This document shows positions 12,680 through 21,085 of a stretch of DNA of 64,000 nucleotides, piece by piece. Position numbers and translations under genes: made by a program. Position 1 is the first letter of the stretch, and each line of letters opens with the position of its first letter. The notes beneath the pieces were generated by a model. The model was not told the origin of the DNA and ran no database searches. It saw only the letters and a list, made by a program, of their open reading frames with translations. The stretch is from Methanomassiliicoccales archaeon PtaU1.Bin124 (GTDB taxonomy: Archaea > Thermoplasmatota > Thermoplasmata > Methanomassiliicoccales > UBA472), in contig MVRC01000012.1 in NCBI GenBank assembly GCA_002067865.1, forward strand, positions 93,395 through 157,394, read 5' to 3'.

Positions 12680-13525
12680 ATGGGCTCAGCTTTGAAGAGG
12701 ATACCTACGGGTGTGGCGGATTTCGACAGCATCATCAAGGGCGGTATCCCGCCCGGTGCGGTAGTGCTGCTCCTAGGGGACCTGGGCGCCGGGCAGAACG
12801 AATATGTCATCACCTCTTCGGCCAAGCTGAGCCTGGTCAAGGAGGACCCGAGCTCCGCGGAGTTCTTCCTCGGTTCGAAGGCAAAGGCCCAGATGATGCC
12901 AGACAAGATCTGCTACGTCACATTCTCCCGTTCCAAGGACGATGTGCTGCAGGAGATCCGCATGTCCTTCAACGAGGACTTCTATGACGCCTTCGAACGG
13001 AACGTCGTCTTCAAGGACTTCAGCGGCAACTACTTCCGCCAGACGATGGTGCCCCGCTCCTGGGCAGGGGATTCCGCTTCGGCGCTGTTCGGAGGCGGAG
13101 AGGCGGAACAGAATCTGCTCGAGTGCTTGGTCAATTACCTGGACGAGAACGCCAAGGGGAACATGGTCATCATCGACTCGCTCACAGACCTGCTGCTCTC
13201 GACGAAGATCGAGACGCATGATCTGGTGGCGGTGCTGAAGGGCATGCAGAGGGTCTCTAAGAAGTGGGGCGGGGTCGTCTACCTTCTTCTAACAAGGAAC
13301 GTAGTGGATGATATGAAACAGCGCATGATCATGGACTCGGTCGATGGTGCGCTGGTATTCGAATGGAACAGGGTGGGAAGCTCCTCCCGCAGGCAGCGGT
13401 ACCTGTACGTAGAGAAGTTCATGAGCATACTGCCCCACCTGGACAAGGAACGAGTGGCAAGGTTCGCCACCACCGTCAGCTCGCAGAGCGGGCTGGTCGT
13501 CATCGATACTGAAAGGATAGTGTGA
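12680..13525 (+). CDS. KaiC-like ATPase-fold protein with degenerate Walker A (probable non-catalytic paralog)
   Basis: 281 aa. The N-terminus RIPTGVADFDSIIKGGIPPGAVVLLLGDLGAGQNEY aligns with the next gene, but the GKT/S of the P-loop is replaced by GQN. A Walker B-like MVIIDSL is retained. Confidence 0.7.
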   Translation: MGSALKRIPTGVADFDSIIKGGIPPGAVVLLLGDLGAGQNEYVITSSAKLSLVKEDPSSAEFFLGSKAKAQMMPDKICYVTFSRSKDDVLQEIRMSFNEDFYDAFERNVVFKDFSGNYFRQTMVPRSWAGDSASALFGGGEAEQNLLECLVNYLDENAKGNMVIIDSLTDLLLSTKIETHDLVAVLKGMQRVSKKWGGVVYLLLTRNVVDDMKQRMIMDSVDGALVFEWNRVGSSSRRQRYLYVEKFMSILPHLDKERVARFATTVSSQSGLVVIDTERIV

Positions 13526-13529
13526 TAAA

Positions 13530-14225
13530 ATGGACAGGGTCAAGACGGGCATCGAGGGTCTGGACACCATGCTGGAAGGGGGCATCCCCAAGGGCCATAC
13601 CTTCGTAGTGATGGGTTCGTTCGGTACAGGCAAGACCACCTTCGGCCTGCAGTTCTTGAATCAGGGGCTGGCCCAGGGGGAGAAGGGTATCTACATCTCA
13701 CTGGAGGAGGACCAGGATTCGATATTGGAGGACGCGCGGGCCCACGCCTGGGAGTTGAAGCCGTTTCTGGACAGCAAGCAGCTGGCGGTGGTGAAGCTTG
13801 AGCCCAATGACGCCAAGAGCACGATCGCCCGCATCAAGAGCGACCTGCCGGACTTCATCAAATCGTATGGGGCCTCACGCATCGTGGTCGACTCGGTCTC
13901 GCTGCTCAACATGCTGTTCGATTCGGAGCATGACCGCCGCTCCAACCTGTTCAATCTGTCGCAGATGATCAAGAAGTGCGGCGCGACCTGCCTGATGACC
14001 GCCGAGGTCAGGGACGACAACCCCTTGGCCAGCAGGGACGGCCTGGCAGAGTATGTGGCCGACGGCGTCATAGCGCTGAGGTACATCGAGCGGGAGGCGA
14101 AGAGCGAGCTCGTGTTGTCTTTGCGCATAGTCAAGATGAGGCGCACCAACCATTCCCGCAAGATCACCCCCTACCAGATCACCGGGAAGGGCATCATCGT
14201 GCACGAGGGCTCGGAGATATTGTAG
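13530..14225 (+). CDS. KaiC-like / RecA-superfamily ATPase
   Basis: 231 aa with VKTGIEGLDTMLEGGIPKGHTFVVMGSFGTGKTTF (intact Walker A), Walker B RIVVDSVS and a KMRRTNHS block. It starts 4 nt after the previous stop. Confidence 0.8.
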   Translation: MDRVKTGIEGLDTMLEGGIPKGHTFVVMGSFGTGKTTFGLQFLNQGLAQGEKGIYISLEEDQDSILEDARAHAWELKPFLDSKQLAVVKLEPNDAKSTIARIKSDLPDFIKSYGASRIVVDSVSLLNMLFDSEHDRRSNLFNLSQMIKKCGATCLMTAEVRDDNPLASRDGLAEYVADGVIALRYIEREAKSELVLSLRIVKMRRTNHSRKITPYQITGKGIIVHEGSEIL

Positions 14226-14250
14226 GTCTTCGGTTCGAGGGTTCAAAAAC

Positions 14251-14306
14251 CGGTCGATAAAAGGCATCTGCTGATCAATGCCATTTATCGGCCATAGATC
14301 ATTTTT
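14251..14306. terminator. Imperfect 13-17 bp hairpin plus T6 run between convergent genes
   Basis: CGATAAAAGGCAT (14255-14267) pairs with ATGCCATTTATCG (14278-14290) with 1 mismatch and a 10-nt loop. The stem is extendable by GG/CC and a G-U pair, and is followed by cattttttac. Confidence 0.5.
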
Positions 14307-15097
14307 TACTTGATGTCTACCGAGTCGTCGATCTCGTGCTCGCGATTGTTCGAGTTGATGACCGCGATGGTATATTTGCCCGTTATGGAAGTATCTCCAG
14401 ATTTCAATTTTCCTCGTATCATCGTCGAACTGGATGTGACATCGGTCAGTTCGATCGGCTTTACACCTTTCATTCGATATTCCACCTTCGGAGAAACGAA
14501 ATTCTTACCTAATATGGTGACCTCCATCCCATCGCCCTTTAAACGATTCACATCGAACGTAGATTCACTGATCTTGTTTATGACTGGGCTAAGGTTGTCA
14601 TCAGGTGGCTCGTCATCCCCTTTTCCGCTAACCTTTGCTCCAAAATAGAATGCTGAAACTGCGACCACAAGCGTGCTCACTGTAGTGATGATCTGCTTGG
14701 CCACATCGGTCGATGCTGGATTCGACATGCTGACCAATGTTTTGACATCGTACAATGTCTCATTGTTCTCGTTGGTCTCATCCAATCTGGTTATGGACAG
14801 GATCTGTACATTGGTGAGATTTTCCATCTGGCTTTTCGTTATCCCATGGTTGTCAAAAATTTTTGACTGGTTATTATCCAGTTCGCCATAGAGGAAAAGT
14901 GAGCTCAGCATGAAGATCAGGATCAGGCTCAATGCGATGATCGCCCTCACGCTTCCTGGTGGAAGGCCCAACGTTTGTTTTGGGTCAGTCAGTTTGAACT
15001 TGTTGAAGATCACCGCCATGGCGGTCAATGAAAAAATCAAGGCAATGACGCCCACGACCAACATTATCGTCTGACTGATGGAGGTATCTCCTTGCAT
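14306..15097 (-). CDS. ORFan membrane protein with a C-terminal Ig-like (IPT/TIG-like) beta domain; low-GC gene
   Basis: 263 aa with three hydrophobic helices (IMLVVGVIALIFSLTAMAVIF; AIIALSLILIFMLSSLFLY; VSTLVVAVSAFYFGA). The beta-rich C-terminus reads MEVTILGKNFVSPKVEY...KYTIAVINS. Codon usage is visibly AT-richer than in neighbouring genes. Confidence 0.6.
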   Translation of the reverse strand: MQGDTSISQTIMLVVGVIALIFSLTAMAVIFNKFKLTDPKQTLGLPPGSVRAIIALSLILIFMLSSLFLYGELDNNQSKIFDNHGITKSQMENLTNVQILSITRLDETNENNETLYDVKTLVSMSNPASTDVAKQIITTVSTLVVAVSAFYFGAKVSGKGDDEPPDDNLSPVINKISESTFDVNRLKGDGMEVTILGKNFVSPKVEYRMKGVKPIELTDVTSSSTMIRGKLKSGDTSITGKYTIAVINSNNREHEIDDSVDIK

Positions 15098-15411
15098 CGA
15101 TGCTAATGTCTGGACTATATAATATAATCCTAATAATAATATAATAACAACAATAATTAATCCTGCTAAATAAAACCAATGCTTATTTTTTTCATACCAT
15201 ATTCTTCCCTTGCTTTTCTTTTCTTCTGCGATATAGCTCCCCTGATTATCCTTTTACTTGTAAGTTATTAAATCTATTTATTTGACAAAAACAAAAAACA
15301 ATGGTTTTATTCGTTCGAATATTTTTTTATGAACATCGCCTAATTTTTTTGACACTGTATAGCTGCTCAGATATCTGCTAACCCCGTATTTGTACCGAGG
15401 AAAAACCATTA

Positions 15412-16350
15412 ATGCCCGATGCGGATTATCGCGCCGGGTCATCCATGGAACTTTACCGCCAGGGCAAGGTCAAGAAGGTCTGGATAGTCGACGACGACAC
15501 GTTCGAGTTCGAGTTCACGAACAACATCTCGGTGTTCGACAAGATCATCCCCAGCGATATCCCGTTCAAAGGGGAGACGCTGTGCCGCACCTCCGCCTAC
15601 TGGTTCAAGCTCTGTGAAGAAGCTGGCATCAAGACCGATTTCAAGAAGTTGGTCGGCGGGGACAGGATGCGAGTAAAGCGCGTCAACGTCATCCCTGACT
15701 ACAGCAAGCTGAATCACAAGACCACGAACTACCTGATCCCGCTGGAGTTCATCTGCCGCCATTATAACGCTGGCTCCATGAACGACCGCATCAAGGACGG
15801 GGAGATCAAGCCGGAGGAGCTTGGCTATCCAAAAGGCCACGTGCCTGCCTACGGCGAAAAGCTGCCCCGCAAGTTCTTCGAGACCACCACCAAGCTGGAG
15901 AAGGTCGACCGCAACCTCACAAGGGAGGAGGCCATCCAGATATCAGGCCTTACCGAGAAGGAATATGATCACGTCTTCGACGTCATCTCCACCATCGACG
16001 ACATCATTGCCAAGGAGGTCGGTTCCCGCGGTCTCATCCACGTGGACGGCAAGAAGGAGTTCGCCTATGATGAGAAGCGGAACCTCATGATCGTAGATAC
16101 CTTCGGCACCCTGGACGAGGACCGCTGGTGGGACAAGGCCCAATATGAGCAGGGGAAGATGGTCGAGCTGTCGAAGGAGATGGTCAGGCAGTACTATCGC
16201 GACATCGGCTACCACGAGAAGCTGATGAAGGCCCGCAAGCTCAAGCAGCTGGAGCCGGACATCCCGCCCCTTCCGAAGGAGAAGGTGGAAGAGGTCAGCC
16301 AGCTCTACATCGGCCTGTTCGAGCGCATGACCGGACAGAAGTTCCGGTAA
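15412..16350 (+). CDS. purC: Phosphoribosylaminoimidazole-succinocarboxamide (SAICAR) synthase, long form
   Basis: 312 aa with LYRQGKVKKVW, IPLEFICRHYNAGS and HVDGKKEFAYD...IVDTFGTLDEDRWW, the SAICAR synthase signature blocks. The start could instead be the internal ATG (MELYRQGK). Confidence 0.85.
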   Translation: MPDADYRAGSSMELYRQGKVKKVWIVDDDTFEFEFTNNISVFDKIIPSDIPFKGETLCRTSAYWFKLCEEAGIKTDFKKLVGGDRMRVKRVNVIPDYSKLNHKTTNYLIPLEFICRHYNAGSMNDRIKDGEIKPEELGYPKGHVPAYGEKLPRKFFETTTKLEKVDRNLTREEAIQISGLTEKEYDHVFDVISTIDDIIAKEVGSRGLIHVDGKKEFAYDEKRNLMIVDTFGTLDEDRWWDKAQYEQGKMVELSKEMVRQYYRDIGYHEKLMKARKLKQLEPDIPPLPKEKVEEVSQLYIGLFERMTGQKFR

Positions 16351-16353
16351 ACT

Positions 16354-16791
16354 TTACAAATATCCGCCCAGCGGCATCGCGCCAGCCCTCAACGGGGTAT
16401 GCGGCAGGACCCTGGGCCTTCCTATCTTTTCTATCGCCAGCGAGCTGTCATAGGAGTAGACCAGATAATAATTCAGCCAGTGCTGGTTGAACTCCAGCAT
16501 CCTCATCCGTGCGGGCATGGCATGGGGCTGCGGCACATATACGACCAGGCGGCACTTATTGACCAACGCCACATAATACTCCCACATGCGCTTCTTGCTC
16601 GACCAGGACGTCTCTGTCTCGATGAACTCTAGGCCGATCAGATATTCCCCGTCGAGGATCTTGATCACGCCTCTGCCTTCGCCGTCCAGATAGAACTTGG
16701 CCGTGGCGTTCGGAAAGAAGGCATGGAACTCCTTCAGCGCCTTTGGTATGATTACATTTGCCAGCAGCTCGACCAAGCCTTTCTCCGCCAC
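16354..16791 (-). CDS. Hypothetical protein
   Basis: 145-aa ORF with normal-looking composition (MAEKGLVELLANVIIPKALKEF...) that fills the gap between purC and the UPF0179 gene. I recognised no motif. Confidence 0.5.
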   Translation of the reverse strand: MAEKGLVELLANVIIPKALKEFHAFFPNATAKFYLDGEGRGVIKILDGEYLIGLEFIETETSWSSKKRMWEYYVALVNKCRLVVYVPQPHAMPARMRMLEFNQHWLNYYLVYSYDSSLAIEKIGRPRVLPHTPLRAGAMPLGGYL

Positions 16792-16850
16792 GGCGATGAT
16801 TACGGCTCGGTTAGTATAAAATCATGAAGGGAGGGCCGTTCCCGGTGACC

Positions 16851-17276
16851 CTACTCCAGAACGACCTCAACCAGCTTCATGCCCTCAGGACACTCCAGGT
16901 CTCCGCTCACCTTGGTGATCTTCCCCTTCATGCCCTTCTCCAGCCCGAAGGGATGGCATAACCGGTACTTGGTGCAACCGAGGTTGCGGCAACGGATCTC
17001 CTCTAAAGTGATGGTAGACCCTTCCTGGGCGGCCTTCTTGTTGACCGCTACGGTCCGGGGGATGCGCTCCACCTCGACGACCCTTACGCCATCCTCGTGG
17101 ATCTTACACTCGTGCCTCACGTCCCTTTTCACCTTGATGCGGTACTGCCCTCCCGCATCCAGGTTGAAGCAGACCGCCTTGAGCTTGCACTCCCTGCACT
17201 CTGTCTGGGGCCCGCGGTAGACGAACTTCGCACCCTCTCTTGCCTGCCTTTCTCCGATTAATGTGATTATGACCAT
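16851..17276 (-). CDS. UPF0179 family Cys-rich protein
   Basis: MVIITLIGERQAREGAKFVYRGPQTECRECKLKAVCFNLDAGGQYRI...HECKIHEDG matches my memory of archaeal UPF0179 proteins. I prefer the start at 17276 over the track start at 17300. Confidence 0.7.
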   Translation of the reverse strand: MVIITLIGERQAREGAKFVYRGPQTECRECKLKAVCFNLDAGGQYRIKVKRDVRHECKIHEDGVRVVEVERIPRTVAVNKKAAQEGSTITLEEIRCRNLGCTKYRLCHPFGLEKGMKGKITKVSGDLECPEGMKLVEVVLE

Positions 17277-17307
17277 GGTCCTTCCTCCATGCACCGACAC
17301 AGCTGGC

Positions 17308-18372
17308 TCAGATGACCTGAGTTATGGTGGCGATGCTCTCGGCCGCTTCCGCGGTCAAGCCCATGCCCAGTATGGTGAACCTGTCCTTCCTGACCTTATG
17401 GGCCGTGACAAGGGCCTGGATCACCTGCTCCTTCGTTACACCCAGTCCCTGGGCGGACGTGGGTGCCCCGATCTTTATCAACGCGTCCCTGATGCGGTGC
17501 CAATCCCCGCCGTGCAGGTACATCATCATTATGCAGCCTACCCCGCACTGCTCACCGTGCAGTGCCTTGCCTGGTGCGATGAGGTCCAGAGCATGGGAGA
17601 ACATATGCTCCGACCCGCTGGTCGGCCGGGAGCTTCCCGCCACGCTCATGCTGATGCCCGATATGATGATCGGCCTGATCGCGATCCAGACGCTTTCTTC
17701 CAAGCCCGGGCGGATCAGGTCGGCATGTTCTATCACGGTCTCGGCCGTATAGCTTGCCAGCGCGTACGCGGAGCGGCTGAAGCTCTCGTTGCGCAACCTC
17801 TTGGCGAACTCCCAATCCATCAAGGCGGTTGAGTTGGAAATGACATCGGCGCAGCCCGCCGCCAGCAGGCGGAACGGAGACTGGACGATGATGGCCGTAT
17901 CGGCGATGACGCCCAAGGGAACCTTGGCATCCATCGAGACCGGACCTTTGCTGTTCTTGAGCGATGCCCGTCCAGAGGCGATACCATCGTGAGAAGCTGA
18001 CGTTGGGACAGAGAGAAACTCCAGTCCCAAGTTCATGGCGGCCATCTTGGCGAGATCGATCTTGGTGCCTCCGCCCACTCCCAGAAGGAAGTCGGCCTTA
18101 CACTCCTTGGCGACCTTCTCCACCTTACGGAGGTTATCCTCGCTGGCCTCCCCGACCAGGACGGACTGAACATCATAACCATCCTTCCTTAGCCCGTCCT
18201 TGACCACGTCCCCAGCCGCCCGCACCGTCTTCTCACCCGCGATGATGAGAGCCGTGCCGGACAAGCCAAATTCCTTGCACACCTGGGGTACCATTTCGAT
18301 GACCCCATGGCCCACAAGAACTTGTCTGGGAAAAACCATGGAACGAGCCTTGGTGAAGTCGCCTTCTTCCAT
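17308..18372 (-). CDS. egsA: sn-Glycerol-1-phosphate dehydrogenase (archaeal lipid backbone)
   Basis: 354 aa with the iron-dependent alcohol dehydrogenase fold: GVGGGTKIDLAK, SASHDG and SGSEHMFSHALD. Confidence 0.9.
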   Translation of the reverse strand: MEEGDFTKARSMVFPRQVLVGHGVIEMVPQVCKEFGLSGTALIIAGEKTVRAAGDVVKDGLRKDGYDVQSVLVGEASEDNLRKVEKVAKECKADFLLGVGGGTKIDLAKMAAMNLGLEFLSVPTSASHDGIASGRASLKNSKGPVSMDAKVPLGVIADTAIIVQSPFRLLAAGCADVISNSTALMDWEFAKRLRNESFSRSAYALASYTAETVIEHADLIRPGLEESVWIAIRPIIISGISMSVAGSSRPTSGSEHMFSHALDLIAPGKALHGEQCGVGCIMMMYLHGGDWHRIRDALIKIGAPTSAQGLGVTKEQVIQALVTAHKVRKDRFTILGMGLTAEAAESIATITQVI

Positions 18373-18692
18373 CCAAGCACCCTGAAGGGTTCCATATACT
18401 GCTCTTCGTTAATGTAGTTAACGGTCTGGACAGATGGAACGTTGTCCATTTTTCCCGCATCCAGCATCCCAGATTTTCAATGACCGCTGTTCGAAAATCT
18501 AGCTTCAACGAAGAATGTGATCTTCCCAAGTGAGGTCGTAGAAACGTTTGATAAGAAAGCGTCTCGGGGCCGGAGTACAAGGTGGAATTGATCTAATAGG
18601 AGGAGATAGGGGGAAATGGGCCCCGGTCCCGAGCGCTATTAATTTTGTGATAATTGATTTAATATTTAGCCATATTGATTCTTAAAAAAATC

Positions 18693-18762
18693 ATAATTTA
18701 AAAAGTTGAAATTAATTTGTTAAATAATTTGTATGTGTGGGTATAATTTAAAAATTTGAATA
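18693..18762. repeat. 18-nt AT-rich direct repeat, two copies 50 bp apart, within a non-coding AT-rich island
   Basis: ATAATTTAAAAAGTTGAA (18693-18710) and ATAATTTAAAAATTTGAA (18743-18760) are 17/18 identical. Additional ATAATT cores lie at about 18650 and 18724. Confidence 0.7.
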
Positions 18763-18978
18763 TATCTAATGTTTAGATTCCTATAGGAAGCAAAAATATC
18801 ACCGACCGCTGGCGCATCCCTCCACCCCTATCGGTTCCCCGATCGAATTAACATTTTTGAATACCAGTTCGAAAGGATATTATCACCCTCGCTCCATCCC
18901 AATCCTACCGGGGAAGAGATGGGATGTTCTTAATGATCGGTCGCCTAGTTTCAACGATACTGCCCAGGAGGGGGATCC

Positions 18979-20649
18979 TTGGCAGTGATCGATGATATCG
19001 GTGAGGATTCGATCTCGAACCGGTTCGTCAAAGAGCTGACGATGGCTTTAAAGGCGACCGGGCTCGACGTTGGGGTCATCCACATCATCTCTCAGAATGA
19101 CACCGTGACCTACTCCTATGGGATGGGGAAGGAACAGGCCGAATCTATCTGGACCATTCCTGTGAACGGCACCACCCTGACCGCATGGATAAGGGAACAG
19201 GGAGTCTTCGTCACGGACGACCGTTCGAAGGACGAGTTCCTCAACCATATTCATTCCATCCCTCTCAGCGTGGCATTGTCCACATTCGAGCTGAGCGAAG
19301 GCATCACGGCAGTGGCCCTGATGGGAAAGAACGAGGCTGGATTTGGCCTCGAAAAGCGCAGACCCATGCTGGAGCTGTTCGCCAACCAGCTGATAAATTT
19401 GATACGTTCCGAGCAGGACAAGCAGGAGCTGATCCGCCGGAACGAGGAGCTTCAGACCCTCTATGAGACGTCACAGGTGCTGGCAACCTCCTTGGAACGG
19501 GACGAGGTGCTGAACATCATAGCCAAGAGGGCGGCCATGATGGTCGGCGCGGACAACTGCCTGATACTCCAGGCGCACAAGCGGGAGAGGGTGCTGCAAT
19601 GTGTCGCCATCTATTCTGCCGAGGAGCAGCTGGACCCCCGCACCCTCAGCCTGCGGTACGGTGAAGGCCTTACCGGGCTGGTGGCAGAGACCGGGGAAGG
19701 GATGCTCATCAAGCGGGCAGACATGGACTCGAGGTCCAAGCTGGTCGAAGGCACGGAGGATGAGCCCTCCTCCGTAATCAGCATCCCGCTGAAGCTGGGG
19801 GAGGATCTGCTTGGGGTGATGACGTTGGAAAAGACGCCTGGCTTGCCGTTCGACGAGCAGGAATACCGTTTGGTGGAGATGTTCTCGCTCCAAGCGGTTC
19901 TGGCCTTCAAGAACGCCAACCTGTTCCACAGCATGAAGGCATTGCTCCAGTCCCAGCAGATGTACAACGTCCTCTTGACCCATGACGTGGCCAACTACAA
20001 CGTTCCTATCCACGGTTACCTCGAGATGCTGGTCAAGGACCCCAAGCTGGACGAGCGGGAAAGGCGATATGTCCGTTCCGCGCTGGCCCAGTCAGAGAAC
20101 ATATCCAGCCTGATTTCGGATGTGAGAAGGCTGTGGTGGCTCCGCTCGGGCGGGGCGGAATCGAAGTTCAAGCCGATCGATCTCGTCCAGGTGGTCCGGG
20201 AGCTCATCGATGGACTGAACTGCCACATACTGTACGGGAACAGACAGATCACCATGGATGCCCAGGGCGAGGAGGCATGGGTGGAGGCGGACATCTTCCT
20301 CAAGGACGTTCTCTACAACATCGTCAGCAATGCCTGCAAGTACGGTGAGACCGGTCCCGTGGTGGTGAGGCTGAGGCCTGAGACCATGGAAGGGGCAGGA
20401 TATTGGCGGGTCGAGGTGGAGGACCATGGCAAGGGGATCCCGGACGAGCGGAAGGAGTCGCTGTTCAAGCGGTTCGATATGATCGACAGCGACATCGCCT
20501 CGGAAGGCCATGGCCTAGGTCTGAGCGTCGTTTCCGCCTTCGTCTCTCATTATCGGGGCAAGGCGTGGGCGGAGAACAGGGTCGAGGGGGACTGGACCCA
20601 GGGCTCGATATTCATCGTCAGATTGCCGAAGATAAACAAACAATCATAA
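18979..20649 (+). CDS. Sensor histidine kinase with GAF-type sensor domains
   Basis: 556 aa starting at TTG, with GGAGGGGG upstream. H-box LTHDVANYNVPIHGYLEML; HATPase motifs VEDHGKGIP and GHGLGLSVV. The N-terminal ~330 aa look like two GAF-like units. Confidence 0.85.
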   Translation: MAVIDDIGEDSISNRFVKELTMALKATGLDVGVIHIISQNDTVTYSYGMGKEQAESIWTIPVNGTTLTAWIREQGVFVTDDRSKDEFLNHIHSIPLSVALSTFELSEGITAVALMGKNEAGFGLEKRRPMLELFANQLINLIRSEQDKQELIRRNEELQTLYETSQVLATSLERDEVLNIIAKRAAMMVGADNCLILQAHKRERVLQCVAIYSAEEQLDPRTLSLRYGEGLTGLVAETGEGMLIKRADMDSRSKLVEGTEDEPSSVISIPLKLGEDLLGVMTLEKTPGLPFDEQEYRLVEMFSLQAVLAFKNANLFHSMKALLQSQQMYNVLLTHDVANYNVPIHGYLEMLVKDPKLDERERRYVRSALAQSENISSLISDVRRLWWLRSGGAESKFKPIDLVQVVRELIDGLNCHILYGNRQITMDAQGEEAWVEADIFLKDVLYNIVSNACKYGETGPVVVRLRPETMEGAGYWRVEVEDHGKGIPDERKESLFKRFDMIDSDIASEGHGLGLSVVSAFVSHYRGKAWAENRVEGDWTQGSIFIVRLPKINKQS

Positions 20650-20713
20650 ACCATGGTGCCATTATTGTGGAACGATAGGGTCAGGGGGTGAGCGGACGGC
20701 AGAGAGGATAAAG

Positions 20714-21082
20714 GTGCTGATGGTCGAGGACAACCAAGACCATCTCGATCTGTGCAAGGAGTTCCTGTCATCTGACGATTTCTTCTTGGACGCGGCCAAG
20801 GATGGCAGAGAGGCGATGTCCAAGGTGCATTCGATGAAGTACGACATTATCGTACTGGACTACCGCTTGCCTGACGTCACTGGGGCCGATCTGCTCAGGC
20901 AGATCCGGGCCTTCGACAAGACCACCCCGATCATCTTCGTCACCGCCATGGACGACCCGGACATCAGCTTCCAGGTGATGCAATATGGCGCATCGGACTA
21001 CATTCCCAAGACCTTCCAATATTATGAGAGGCTGAGGGAACGAATCCTTGAGAACCTGGGCAGGGCGAAACCAGAGGAGTGA
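20714..21082 (+). CDS. Stand-alone response-regulator receiver (CheY-like)
   Basis: 122 aa with VEDN, the phospho-acceptor context IIVLDYRLPDV, IIFVTA and DYIPK. There is no output domain. Confidence 0.85.
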   Translation: MLMVEDNQDHLDLCKEFLSSDDFFLDAAKDGREAMSKVHSMKYDIIVLDYRLPDVTGADLLRQIRAFDKTTPIIFVTAMDDPDISFQVMQYGASDYIPKTFQYYERLRERILENLGRAKPEE

Positions 21083-21085
21083 GCG

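Noticed and set aside
14270-15410. The low-GC islet as a mobile element or prophage remnant
   Set aside because: No integrase, transposase, terminal inverted repeats, flanking direct repeats or tRNA target is visible. It is reported only as a compositional anomaly.
18693-18762. Possible CRISPR-like repeat
   Set aside because: There are only two copies, they are AT-rich and 18 nt long, they lack the repeat-spacer regularity of an array, and no cas genes are present.
18640-18780. The AT-rich island as a replication origin (oriC)
   Set aside because: There is no adjacent orc1/cdc6 gene and no recognisable ORB-type inverted repeats flanking the AT tract. It is kept only as a low-probability alternative in the finding, not called as a feature.
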